Origin: Octopus sinensis
Lineage: Eukaryota
DNA: 64,000 nucleotides
Reading direction: 5' to 3'
Assembly (NCBI RefSeq): GCF_006345805.1
Contig: NC_042999.1
Span: 29,760,001 to 29,824,000, forward strand
The notes beneath the pieces are model-generated. The model was not told where the DNA came from, did no database searches, and saw only the letters and a list, made by a program, of their open reading frames with translations. The position numbers were made by a program, and so were the translations under genes. The number at the start of each line of letters is the position of its first letter. The first letter of the stretch is position 1. Below are positions 50,726-64,000 of the stretch, in pieces.

Positions 50726-51462
50726 CGTGTATATACATGAATATATATATAAATATATTTACATGGAGTCTGTGTGTAGGAGCGAGTGTGTGTGTACATA
50801 CACACATACAGAGAGAGTGAGCGTTATAGATATAAAATGATCAAAGTCGATGGCATAAATAGAAACTAGTACCAAGTCTATAACCTACTACTTAATGTTT
50901 CGCAGCGTGTATCGGTTCCAAATAGCAATTTAGCTGCAAACAAACAAAAACGGGTTGTTACCAATGATTGGGTAGATGTTTCGTGACGATTTAATATCTC
51001 CGGTAGACTCAAGGAGTATGACTTCCATTTCTGTTTGCCTTGACGTGACACCTTCGAGATGTGTCTTAAATGCTACACATCTGTGAATCTATCTGTCTAT
51101 CTACTTACCTATCACATATTTTAATGCACCTATACACAAACGCAGGCAGTCAGAGAGAGACCATCATACACACATCCACGCACATACACACGCATACACA
51201 AATATATATATAAATATATATATAAATATACATATATATATACACACGTAAAAAACATATGTGTATGCCAACAGGAAACACAAGATATTTTAATAAGATT
51301 CTAGGTTAAAATACAATTTTTAAAAACCTTTTTAAACAGTGCAGCTATTTATGCGCATCACACCATTGTCAACGTTTATATACTTTCGAATCGATCAAAA
51401 TATTTACATACACACACATACATACATAGATACATATATACATATTAGTATACACACACATT

Positions 51463-51579
<117 letters not shown>

Positions 51580-52317
51580 ACGAATGTAAGCATATGTATT
51601 TGTCAAGGGTTGGATTATTGCTATATGTGTTTACTTGTGTATTTCTAAAATTTCCAGTTCTATACACCATTGTTTCTTTTTTATATAAATAGTTTATATA
51701 TATACATACACACACACACACACACACACAAATATATATATATATATATATATATGTACATACACACACACACATATATATATTGAGCAAAATTCTTGCT
51801 TGTTAATTGATTTTAATGATTCCAGAAGACTAGGCATTAACAAGTGAAGTTTATTAAAGAGATAATTACTTTACGGAATCTTCTGGTATAATTATTTCCG
51901 TATAGAGCAGTTACTGACAGTAAAGCTGATGAAGAACAGCCTGATATCTCATTTAATAACATTTGATTTTTTTTAAATTTATTTATTCTTACATAATTCG
52001 TGACATTTTCTCTCAGTGTTTTGTGTTCAAATCCATGTCATTGCATGTAAATTTGTTTTTATTATTTCCGATCGTTCTCGTAGCATACTACTGTTAGCGA
52101 TGCCACTTCTCCGTTTCAAATTTAACGAACTATATGTATAGTGAATGAAATTTGATCGAGTTGAATATTTTCTTTCGCAATGTCAACGTATAAACACTGA
52201 GATTAATGTCCGAAGTCATCAGCACTCTAATTTTGATTGCAGGTTTCTCGTATCAGTTTTGATTAATATCACAATCAAAAATGGAAAAAAATACAAAAAA
52301 GTCATAATTCGAACCAT

Positions 52318-52520
52318 TGGCACAGGGCTTGCATTCTCGGAGGGGGGTGGGCAAGTCGATTACATCGAATCCTGTCCGTAAATGGTACTTATTTCATCGA
52401 CACCGAGTGAAAAGGAAAAGACGACCTCGGCGAAATTTGAACTCAATATGTGATGATGGGCAAGATGATTAACGGTATTTAATCCGCGTTGTTAACGATT
52501 ATGCTAGCTCAACACCTTTA
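52318..52520 (+). mobile_element. Interspersed repeat (SINE-like body); diverged copy at ~42860-43000
   Basis: Shared GGTACTTATTTCATCGAC.CCGA...AAAG.CGAC(C)...TTTGAAC motif in both places. Confidence 0.5.
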
Positions 52521-53025
52521 GAAAATCCATAAAATAAAAATATTTTATACTGATTCTATCGTAATACAGTCATTATAATTATCCTCATCATTGTTATCAA
52601 CATTATCATCATGAATATCTCTTTCATCATCAATATCAACAGTATCATATTTCAGACACAGTTATATCCCAACCATCAGATGTATATAATTTGCTCTCTT
52701 CTACATTTACTTATGCCTCTTGAAAAGTTTTTTCTCTGTACACACACATTCTTAGGCAAAAAATTCCCATATCACTTCATAGGATAATTTTTATAGTGTT
52801 TGTATATTTATCAGAAATGTTCTTTTAGTGTCATTCCCCCTCCTTCAGACAGTGGTCGGTTTCCTTGGTTTTTAGTTTTAATATTTTATCATCTTGTCAG
52901 CTCGGAGGAGAATACAAGAGGTTTTTTTTCATTTTACGTCCTTTCACATCGAATATATTTTAAATTTATTTTTCAATATCAAGTATTCCCACGCCCAAAC
53001 ATATTATGTCCGTGGTATGTATAGG

Positions 53026-53068
<43 letters not shown>

Positions 53069-53185
53069 CAGCAAAATTTAGTTTCAAATAAATATGGTAC
53101 TTAAAATCTTTGTCTCTATATCTACCTTCTCTATAATGTAACTACTTGATATGAAAATTATGTATTAATGGAAAACTTATATTAA

Positions 53186-53269
53186 TGGCTGATGAGTGCT
53201 CAGCATTTTAAAACTGTTTGAATAATTACAACATTTAATAACATGATGTATTGCGAAACGATCGTACCA
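53186..53269 (+). ncRNA. Type I hammerhead ribozyme (family shared with 32730-32813)
   Basis: TGG-CTGATGA-GTGC...TTGC-GAAA-CGATC-GTA^CCA. Flanks (53110-53300) align to the reverse complement of 32700-32900. Confidence 0.72.
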
Positions 53270-54279
53270 AATTACCGGAGTTATTCTTGTTGCTTATGTT
53301 GATAATATATATATATATATATATATATACATAAATTTTGAATTAAAGTTTGTCTACACGTATATTTTTTTCCTTTTCTTAAACTTTATTTACACCTACA
53401 CCGATATCTACTATATTGCTGAAGACCCTGACGTAACGCAAGTTGCAATATGTACAAACAGTCCTATTGGAATGTGTCTAATTCGTTTATATTCAATTCG
53501 AGAATGTACACGTGCAATATAATAACTAATATACGGCCTTTGTTTTGAACATTATTTAATGACTCTTACTTCAATGAACGTTACCGTATATGCTTCCACC
53601 AATGAAATTGCATGATATCTTGTGAATATAATGGGGTCTTGGGAAACTCTATATAAAGATAATAGGCTACAGTTTGCATCTGTGACAACGAACACACGTG
53701 AGTGCAACGAAAGGACCCTCAGCGAGAAGTAAGACAAAATTCTTGATGCAAGGCTGGAACAGGTGCATTAGCATACATGAAAGATGAATGAAAAGCAATT
53801 TTTTTGTGAATACTTGTGTATGCGTGCATGCGTGGTACGTATGTGTATGCAGGTATGTGATACACATCAGCATGCACCCATGATGCATAAAACACATACA
53901 CGCACAGAGAGACACACATATATATCTAAGCAAATAGACTCAAAATTGCTTGTCCTTCGTCTGCGATGGCAAACCATATTCTATGTAGTTAAATTGATGG
54001 TAAGAGTAGAGTGCATTTGCCGTGAAAAGTGTAAAATCCAGCGTTTCTGAGAGCGTTTCTGTTGAAGATAAATTTGAAAATAAAGATTTGTTACAGAGAC
54101 TCTCTTGGTTTTATTTCTTCCTCCTTCTCCCATAGTTTTATCTCTGCAATTCTTGCTCACATATGAAGCACACGTAGTCGTGATTTCTTGTTCCTTACCG
54201 TTACAGCCACTTGAGATTTTGAACTTATATGATTTTTAACTAGGAGAGCGGGAGCCAATCACGCAGATAAGATCAGCGT

Positions 54280-54835
54280 CTCAAAGTAATTTGAGACGCA
54301 TCTTCTATACCATGTGGACCGGTCACATCGCCAACACCGGAGTCCTCGACCTTACCAAAGCAGCTAGTATACTCAACCTGCTCCAGCAAGGCCTTCTGAC
54401 ATGGCTCGGTCTTGTAAATCGCATGCGGGACGGGAAGATCCCAAAAGAGCTTCTGCATTGGGAAGTAGCCACAGACACAGAGCACAAAGACGACCTTATC
54501 TTCGTATCAAGGACGTCTGCAAGAGAGATATAAAATCGATTGATCTGGGCGACCTGAAATGAAAAGAGGTCGCAAATGATTGCCCACGTTGGAGACAGAT
54601 TCTTTAAAAGGAGTTGAATCGAGAGGAAGTAAACGAGGACTTGCCACCACAGCAAAGCTTACTCGGGGGAAGGAAAAGCCAGTAGCTCCGGCAGAGAGGG
54701 CCTCTAAATGCAGTCGTTAAACACGGGACTACCACTCCGGTGTGGGTCTCTAGATCCACAGCAGAAGCCGCACCACCATCAGCAGTGGGGGCCATGATTT
54801 CTTCGGCCGCTGCAGATCCATGGTCTCACGAGACC
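54280..54835 (+). mobile_element. 3' fragment of an RTE/BovB-like LINE
   Basis: LRRIFYTMWTGHIANTGVL...LLQQGLLTWLGLVNRMRDGKIPKELLHWE..T...(G)RPYLRIKDVCKRDIK...WRQ...KCSR....HSGVGL.IHSR, followed by the 3' hairpin GGTCTCACGAGACC. Confidence 0.85.
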
Positions 54836-54863
54836 AACATATACCTACTCTCTCTCTCTCTTG

Positions 54864-54905
<42 letters not shown>

Positions 54906-56223
54906 ACGCGTAATTACGCAAGTGAGTGTATAAAAGGGAGAAGATAATACATTTGTTTGAGTTAGATATGCTTGTACTATCATAGAGATATCAATTATTT
55001 GCTAAGTACTCGTTGTGGAGCAGATATGGTATTCATGAAATTTTCCGATATTCTACAGGATGTAATATTACAGGAATATGATAACTTTATTTGGTATAGT
55101 AGTATATATATATATATATATATGTAGCAGAGAAGACATTATGCTAACGACATGCAGCCGATGTTATGTGGGCTATGATATTACAATTACAATAATTTTC
55201 ACATGGTAAGAAAAAGAATTTTATGGTTTAAGTCTACATATCTGATTGTGTGAGTAGTATAAATTATAGTTAGGTGAAATATTTAGACACATCAGGAATT
55301 ACATACATTGCCAATGAGAATAAACCGGTACACTCAGGGTGTTATTAGATACATCGGAGTTCTTTGTTATAGCTGTAAAAATAAGAGACCCAGCATTTTG
55401 TGTATCCATGAGGAATTACGACTGACAGATTACCCCAGACTGTTCAGGTTATATAACATGTGTAAGCTAAAAATATTTACATATTTTAACACTTCAACTT
55501 TAGAAGGAAACGATTCACCTAGCCTCACCCACATGAGCAGCGATACTAATTCTAATTTCATGAAGAATGTCAAGTATATCTTCCAACGAAATGTTATTTG
55601 TTAACGTGTTTGATTCTAGGACGTAACCCTAGTGTTCGAAATATACATTGATTACCCTTACAGAAAGCTATGACTTCAAAGAAGAATTCAAACAACACAT
55701 GAAGTCTGTTTGATATAAACACAGAAAACACTCCGCTTCTCTCTACCGCTAACAGTTAACAATTATATGTCATCGAAACGAATTCATGCACACCACATGT
55801 AACGTTCTTGACGATATTTTTCCCCTGCGCTTTATGATTGCTAACTCTGCCTCTAAGGTAAACTAAACATACACTGTAAACGGACATTATATATTAATGC
55901 AAAAGACTATCTTTCTACTGCCACCACATATATGACTTGTAACTGACCTGCAAGTAGTTGACCACCAATAAACCGGGTATTTATTCTATGGTTAGCAATT
56001 GGCAAATTATCTAACTCATGCAACCTGTAGATTTCAGAACCAAATTAATAACAATCAAGACAAAAGCTTCTGCAACCGCAATATCAAAGCCGAATAACTA
56101 GCAATTTCTTATATGATGAGCTGACACCGCTAATTTTTCTCACCTTATTAATTACGACAATGTGATAGCAGCAGTTAGCGACTTTCAGTATATGAAGCAA
56201 ATTGAACAACATCTCTCTATCTC

Positions 56224-56306
<83 letters not shown>

Positions 56307-56396
56307 ATCTATCTCTCTATCTATCTATTTGTCTCTCTGTCTATCTATCTATCTATCTATCTATCCATCTATCTATACCTCTGTTTGTCTGGTTCC

Positions 56397-56449
<53 letters not shown>

Positions 56450-56452
56450 TAT

Positions 56453-56483
<31 letters not shown>

Positions 56484-56724
56484 CTATATATATATATATT
56501 ATATATAATAATATATATATATATTATATATATATATATAGGGAGAGAGAGAGAGAGAGGAGAGAGAAAGAGAAAGGGAAAGAAGCAGAAAAAGACACAG
56601 GCAGGTAGAAAAAGTGAGATGAAACAAAAAGACATAAAGACACGCATGCAAACAGGCAGACAGACAGATATATACGTTGATCGTTATGCATATACACGTA
56701 TCAGGGTTTACATATTTAATAACA

Positions 56725-57123
56725 TTTGCATCATGGAAAATGTTTATAAGCCATTTAAAACACACACTTGACATTCTTCATGAAATTAGAATTAGTATCG
56801 CTGCTCATGTGGGTGAATCGTCTCCTTCTAAAGTCGAAGTGTTAGAATATGTAAATATTTTTAGCTGATACATGTTATATAACCTGACAAGTCTGGGGTA
56901 ATGTTAGATTTACTTCAACATTTAAATTTAAATTGTCAAAATATTTACATCGCTTTTAGACCACGACCTCTTTATTGAAGAAATATAGGAATTTCGTCAG
57001 TGAACAGGTCGCGGTCTGAAAGCGACGAAAATGGTTTGATAAATTAGATTTAAATCTTGAAGCGAATCTAACGTCTTTGTGTGTTTTTTTTAATGTCTTA
57101 TAAACACATTCCACGCCGCAATT
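56725..57123. repeat. Palindromic foldback family copy 1 (with ~130-bp insertion)
   Basis: Arms TTAGATTTACTTCAA...TCGCTTTTAGACCACGACCT / AGGTCGCGGTCTGAAAGCGACG...TTGAAGCGAATCTAA. Homologous to 60450-60728. Confidence 0.75.
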
Positions 57124-57887
57124 GTTTTTGTTACAGCACTCGATCTCAGATCAGGTCACTTGCTCTGCAAGGGCATCTCCGCATATAAGAATTTTTTACA
57201 TCCACTGTGAACAAATTTAATTTTAACCTTGTATGATAGATTGCCTTGTTCTACTTCACGCATAGTAATTTTACACCGTCAAATGAACAATATATTTCTC
57301 CAGACAGAGTATTATAGAAAAAATATCTCCTCAGAAAGAAAGATTCGGAATATTTCTCTTCAGTCTATTCTCAGAATTTTACCAATTTAGTATATTCTTT
57401 CACTTAATACACTTTTAGCATAACCCGAATAATTCGTATTCAGTATGATACCTGTGTGCGCTTTGTTAACGAAGATTACCTCCATGTGAAAATTTATTCA
57501 TCTACGTTGTGCACCGGATTGAATCATTAAGTGTTTCTTGATCGAGTATGTAGGATTCAACGAATGTAATTTCATTCCAAGAATTTTCATACGACATTTT
57601 CACAAAATACATGTAATAGTTGGCGCAGAGTTTTATTTCTGTTCGGTGCAATCCTCGGTTCTAGTTAGAATTTTCTAATGTGGTCTTACATATACCTTTC
57701 AACTATATGACAAACTTTGGATAAGATGTTTTAACACACAGCTTAACGCACACACACACACAAACACAAACAGGCAAACACACACTCACACGCACACGCA
57801 AACACACACAAACACAAGCACACACATACATGCATGTTCGGTGCGTCATAAATATTCTCTTCACATTACTTCCAAATAGATTATAAT

Positions 57888-57964
57888 CCCAGCAGCAGCA
57901 GCAGAGGCGGCGGCAGCGGCAGCAGCAGGAACAGCAACAGCAGCAGCAGTAGCAGCAGCAACTT

Positions 57965-58010
<46 letters not shown>
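57888..58010. repeat. (CAG)n/(CGG)n then (TAG)n trinucleotide microsatellite
   Basis: Directly visible. Confidence 0.95.
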
Positions 58011-58011
<1 letters not shown>

Positions 58012-59371
58012 TTTTTGGTGGCGTTTGTCGTTTGTGCAGCACTAACAAGTTTTACAGTTTACCACTTTAAGAAGCGTACGGATTTTTGAGCAACTTCTGT
58101 TATTTCAATATTTTTCAAATTTCCTTTTTTTTATGGATATATTTCTTGTTTGTTTGTTTATTGTTCATCTATTCATTGCATCCAAGGTTTATTAAAATTT
58201 TCCTTTGTTGACCAATTGTCCGGCTTCAATTCAGAATAAATTGAAAAGAAATTTCTCATTGCTTAAACGTGATTAATTTTTCATCAAACACGAGAATACT
58301 GAACAAAGTTTTTTCACAATAACTTCCGTTGCAGTATTTGCATGTAGAACAAATTACATGGGCATATTTCGGAATGTTTCTAAAACCGAATGCTGGTGCA
58401 TTAATGTTGTCGTCAGTTTTGAATCACTTCTGCATATTTAGATGAAGGAGGTGTCCCATTCGGAAAAGTTATCTTCTACCGTTGATGTAACTTCCAAATT
58501 AGCAAACACTTCTGACACAGTAGTTGTGAGGAACGACATTGAGATTCTACCAGTATCAGTTTGCTCTCATCAAAATTGCGCACCTAATATTCGTCACTGA
58601 AACTAAATTATTAGTCCTTTACATTCGCAAGTGAGATTTACTTCCTCTTATCTCCATTTGCTACAAGAAACAACTCCATCTAATCCTTTCTTTACACTCT
58701 CCTCTATCTCGTCCTCATTCTTGTCGTGTAATCTAAGATTTGCAACTGGCTATAAATCAAACAGCCAATGCTGCTAACGTATTCTATGGAAGTTTTGAGA
58801 GTATTATCCACAATGAGGTCGGCATGACGCAGGATTCTGCTCGTTAGATGCCATGTCGTTTCACACCAGATAAAAGACGCAATATGCTAATGGCATCACG
58901 GGAAACATTGTTCCCTGCAGATGAAGGTAGTGTCTGTGAAAGTTTCTTAAGCGAGGATATGTGTTCCGTTCATAATTTGAAGTCAGAGGGAAACAAATAG
59001 CCCATGCAGTGGAAAGATTCTTTCTCACCTGTTCCAAAGAAGTCCCTTGTAGTTTCATCTGTGGGGAAAGTGATGTTGTTAGAATTTTAAGGTACACTAG
59101 GCTTTGTGTTTATTGACGATCTTCGAAAATGCCACGACAAAAATGGCTTGTAGTATACCAATTTTGCTGTAGCAGTTCAGAACGCCTATCAAGGCCACAC
59201 ACTTGGGATGATTGACATTCTCTTGAAATCTTGTTTCTTCAGGACAATCCTCTAGCATGGATATCATTGGCTTCAGAGGCTAATATTGTCGACTGGTTTG
59301 GAACTGGTTGATCAATCAACTTACTCCACTAAATTGGCCCTATGTGACAATCATCTGCTCCGCAACATGAA

Positions 59372-59414
<43 letters not shown>

Positions 59415-59419
59415 ATGAA

Positions 59420-59650
59420 ACCACTTGTCTGAGATTTAGACACGGAGTGATGAAGATGCCATACCTGCTGTCGATGATATTTTACCAACAGGATGAAAGT
59501 TTCTTCACTAAAGGAATCCAAAACCTGTAACACATCTGGAGGACGTGTGTGGACAGCAAGGGGGATCGTGGTGGAAAATAAACCTCTTTTGACCATATTG
59601 CATCAGTGAAGTTTTTTTCAACCTATGAACTTTTCAACCGATTCTCGTTT
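59420..59650 (+). mobile_element. Mariner C-terminus and right TIR
   Basis: L.FRHGVMKM..AVDDI..QQDESFFTKGIQNL*H.WRTCVDSKGD...K*, ending TATGAACTTTTCAACCGATTCTCGT. Confidence 0.65.
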
Positions 59651-60449
59651 ATATCCATCTATATAAGCGCGAATGTTTGTAATTTTTTTTCTCTGTTTCA
59701 ATATTCTATGTTTATTACTGCGATTTTTTTCATGGTTGTTGGTGTATAGGTACAAGATTGTCGCTATAGCTGAATGTCTTCATAAACGTGTGTATGTCAC
59801 ATGTGTGGTTGTGTACGAGTTTATAGAAGTAAACCGTGTTTACAAAAATACAGCTTGTATATATGTTACGAATCTAATTATTATTCAAGTTTTGTCCTGC
59901 TTTGTTTATAAAAAATTTAAAGTTGAAATTGAAGATCGGAAGATGGTTCACAGATTAATTTCCATATTCTTTAAATGGAACCTCAACATGATGAAACAGA
60001 AGACGCTTTCGTACATTTTGAATTTAATCACAATATTTTATTATAATGTTGGTATGCCCTCTGTTCTTCAAGATAAATGTAGTAATTCAAATTAGTTTGT
60101 AAACCGTATGCTTGACCATATCGTTTAAAGAACTTGCTGATAACCAAAGTCTATATGTCGTAATCCTGGTGAAACATATTCAGCAGTAGCTTCAGATTGC
60201 CCGATAATTACGAGATTTTGTTTCATAGAAACTCCCAGAATATTCATAGGTATATATATGAAAAACATCAGTAGAGATTGCTTTTTGGAGGACCCTGCTA
60301 AAAAGCAATCTCTACTCATTTTTTTTTCAAAAATACATATAATAGGCTAGCAAAATATGTTTTTGTTATTCTACTATATTTATATATATTACAAACATGT
60401 ACTTGCAACGGGAATGACATGACATGAGAACGTGTACTGACAGAAAAAG

Positions 60450-60728
60450 AATTGCAGCGTGGAAGGTGTTTATAAGCCAATTAAAAACACAATAATACCG
60501 TTAGATTCATAACATTTAAATTTAGTTTATCAAAATATTTTCGTCGCTTTGAGACCGCGATCTCTTCATTGACAAAATTCCGTACTGCATCACGATAGTT
60601 TGTCGGTGAACATGTCGCGGTCAAAAAGGTACGAAAGAATTTTGGGAAATTAAATTTAAAATTTGAAGTGAATCTAACGGTTTTGGTGTGTTTTTAGATG
60701 GCTTATAAACACCTTCCACTCTGCAATT
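60450..60728. repeat. Palindromic foldback family copy 2 (279 bp)
   Basis: AATTGCAGCGTGGAAGGTGTTTATAAGCCA ... TGGCTTATAAACACCTTCCACTCTGCAATT. Confidence 0.85.
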
Positions 60729-61889
60729 GTTATACACACGAACACACACACACACACACATATATATATACATATAAATATATATATATATACATACTTA
60801 TATGTCTATCTGATTTTTCTTTCTATATACTACACGCGTTCAAACACGCGCACGCACACACACAACATTCCAAGTTCTTTTATTCATTTACAAGGCGTAG
60901 AAACAGTGAAATGTTGCTGACACAAGTGTGTGAATCTGAGAGGAAAATATTTGACATAAAACCAGAATATTTGACATAAAACCAGAATTACACATTTTAC
61001 CGAAACCCAGGAACCTTTAAGCACGCCTTTGAGCATATGCATATAATTATGAGAAAATAGGATTCATGAAAATTTTTATTGATCACAACCATCGTTTCGA
61101 CCCAATTTCAAACGGTGCATTGCGGGTGACATACTATATAGTGAGGTGTGGTGCATCACTCAGTGAAGATATTTTTCTATTCGTGGGCTTTTCTAAAACG
61201 ATACCTTGCTCGATAGACTCAGTTCCGGTTGGTTCGATTAGTGTGCATGTTGTTATTTTCAGTAGGTTGTTGGATCAAATGACAGGGTGTGAGCATAGTA
61301 TCGTGGTTATCAACAGTTAATGTGTATACATATGATTGATATTTTAATAAATGACGTTGAATAAATGACAATAAAATAAAATAAAAAATGAACAAAAATA
61401 AATATACATTTGTAGACATTAACACGCATATAAGGCACACATATACACAGCTATATGAGCGCATGCACATATATAGCGGCGCTCACAATGTTAAGGAGAT
61501 ATCATTGAATATACTCATAAAAAACTAGGATTTATGATTTTAGAGGCAAAGAGACAAAGGGTATCTGCAGGCACGTTGTGAATCAGTCTTCAACCCGGTA
61601 CACAAGACTGAGCCGGGATGTCTGGTAGTGGTTTGATGTAATGATATAAAATGCCTAGTCACCGTATACGTATGCGCAATTTTTTATGCGTATATTTATA
61701 GGCAAAGGCTGGTTTGTGTGGTAAGAATATTGATTCCCGTCAACATGATTCCGGGATTAATTCCAGTCGGGCAAATATGTTCTACTATCACCGGGCGGAC
61801 CTAAAACTTACTTGTGAAAGTATTTTGTAGACAGAAACTGAAAGAGGCTCGTCGAAAATATGTGCGAATATATAAATATATATATATAT

Positions 61890-62019
<130 letters not shown>

Positions 62020-62492
62020 AGATATATGTACATGTGTGTGTGTGTGAGAAAAGGTAATTCCTTTTATATATATAGTACTGTCGTAAAGACTGCACGTATC
62101 ATATCTCTCTGTTCTAACTTTTCTCATGTCAAAGACATTATTTCTTCCCCGTACGCTCTTTTACCCTCGTTCTGGTCTAACGAAACACCAGGTTTGGTTC
62201 CCGTCGTTTTCTTTGTATGTCTCCACTGTCCTGTTTTTGTTCCTACCTTTGATCTTCCATAAGTCCCAAATTTTATTTTGGTACGTACGGGTGCAACTGT
62301 CTTCGAAGTCTCATATGGTCATCCAATGCTCGTATTGCTGAGTAGATAGACAGCTGACAAGTGATGAAGTGTCATTCTTTAAGTTACTTGAGCTGTTTTG
62401 CATTTGTTTCCTGTTTTGTCTCCGTATTGAAGTCATTTGCATTCGTATTTCCTGTTGTTTACTGCTGGTGGCGTCCTGTACGCACACATGCA

Positions 62493-62524
<32 letters not shown>

Positions 62525-62610
62525 TTCATGTAGGATAATTTTTTTCTAAAAACACTTCACCAATGGTCAGCATATTAAAAAATGCATTTAAAGGTTAAAT
62601 TTATAAACTA

Positions 62611-62709
62611 CTTATAAATAAAGGCAAATTTTCTAATGCCAATATGCCGAAATTAGACACTTTGTCCATAACCATTATTTTTTTTTGTGAAAAATTATAC
62701 TGGTTATGG

Positions 62710-62782
<73 letters not shown>

Positions 62783-62960
62783 ATATATAACTGATAAATA
62801 AGGGCAAACAAAAAAAATTCTAATGACAAATATGCCGAAATTAGACACCTTGCCCATAACCATTATTATTTTTTGTGAAAAATCATAGTGGTTATGGACA
62901 ATGTGTCTAATTCCAGCATATTTGGCATTAGGAATATTTTGTTTGCCCTTATTTATAAGT

Positions 62961-62961
<1 letters not shown>
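62611..62961. repeat. Foldback element in (AT)n: complete ~173-bp hairpin at 62789-62961 and truncated copy at 62611-62713
   Basis: ATAAATAAGGGCAAAC...TTAGACAC.TTG.CCATAACCA / TGGTTATGGACAATGTGTCTAA...GTTTGCCCTTATTTAT. Confidence 0.85.
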
Positions 62962-62994
<33 letters not shown>

Positions 62995-63179
62995 ATATGT
63001 ATGTATGTATGTGTGTATGTATGTATGTATGTATGTATGTATGTATGTACGCATATATATATATATATGAGCTTACACATAGGTGGTGCGACATTTTATA
63101 TGTTGACACTTCTTTCCGATGGTCTAATTGCTGTTTTACCTTACTTTTCAGATAAATAATGATTGACATAAGGTGACTT

Positions 63180-63430
63180 GACAAATGGTAAAACGCTGTG
63201 ATATAGAGATAGCACGTTTCCTGGATGTTGCAGGAAACTTCATTGTTCAAAATTTCCTGGAAGCTGCTGACGGAAACAAAGTTGGCACATAAACATGACG
63301 GACATGCACAGGGCCCTAATGAATTCGGAACACATATCTCTGCCACAGATGTCCGACAAATAATCCAAACAAAACTGCGCATATTCTATCCGTGTCTTTC
63401 CAAATGAACTGAAGCATTCCGAATGCCTTT
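63180..63430 (+). mobile_element. Heavily decayed maT/Tc1-like N-terminal fragment
   Basis: CDIEIARFLDVAG.F..QNFLE.A.GN resembles the N-terminus of the family at 25140-25820. Confidence 0.4.
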
Positions 63431-64000
63431 TAAGAAGTTGTGCAACTACATATCCGGTAAAAGTCTTATTTGATTTGGAGCTGTCATTGTATGCCGGATG
63501 AGAATCGTTGGATCCATGGAGAGAATTTGCTTAAAATGTTAACACACAAGAAGGCTGAAATGAAGTCCTCCGGTAAGAATAAATCTTCTATCACAACCAA
63601 GTGGCACACACAAAGAAAGACGAATGGGATTAAAATGATGCAGAAATTAAGTGCAAGAGGCATTCTTATTGAGTAGAAATACAATTACACTTAGAATACG
63701 CTGATTTGACATGGTCCCACAGCCGGACTCATCGGAACCCAGCCTGCAATTGGTATGACAATTGCTTTTCAAAGGCACCAATGGATGAGGGCCCTCAATA
63801 TTGAAGCACCTAAGCCCTTCTGTAGAAAGATGAATAGTTAGCGAGAAATATAGAGACATAGCCATATTTTTAGATGTATGACGATTTATGAACATATCTA
63901 CCGACACATATGTGTGGATTTACCGGGTGAGTAGGATTGTTTTGGTGTGGGGATCATTTGTATGGGATTAGTGAAAAACCCATAGCTCATCAAATATTCT

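Noticed and set aside
51920-53450. Isolated CTGATGA (51926) and ATATTG-CTGAAGA...CAATAT (53415-53445) motifs
   Set aside because: No GAAA box in register, so an HHR cannot be supported.
57888-57962. (CAG)n as a polyQ coding exon
   Set aside because: Runs directly into (TAG)n and has no splice or ORF context.
58780-59230. Very decayed RTE-like fragment on the minus strand
   Set aside because: Only faint similarity (LEQV..., FIWCETTWHL) across shifting frames. Too weak to list as a feature.

Overview
Eukaryotic, AT-rich, microsatellite-saturated DNA. The SINE types and repeat landscape suggest a cephalopod (Octopus-like) genome, but this is inference only. I recognised no intact host gene, and most of the supplied ORFs are translations of (AT)n/(CA)n/(TAGA)n arrays. 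The centrepiece is a ~12.6 kb nested structure at 4476-17122. It is a 5'-truncated Penelope-like retroelement (PLE; RT + GIY-YIG, minus strand) bounded by ~1 kb inverted arms, each carrying a complete type I hammerhead ribozyme (HHR). A full-length 6.1 kb Helitron (TC...hairpin-CTAG; nine 23-aa STPR-like repeats, Zn finger, Rep, PIF1 helicase) lies inside its microsatellite-rich 3' region. Reading by eye I find at least eight well-formed HHRs plus several degenerate ones. They occur in two ORF-less partial-tandem units of ~444 and ~490 nt (retrozyme-like), in PLE tails, and in small foldback 'MITE-like' palindromes that share the same outward-pointing HHR geometry as the big PLE. The rest is decayed mariner/maT transposons, RTE LINE fragments, tRNA-derived SINEs and a non-autonomous Helitron.
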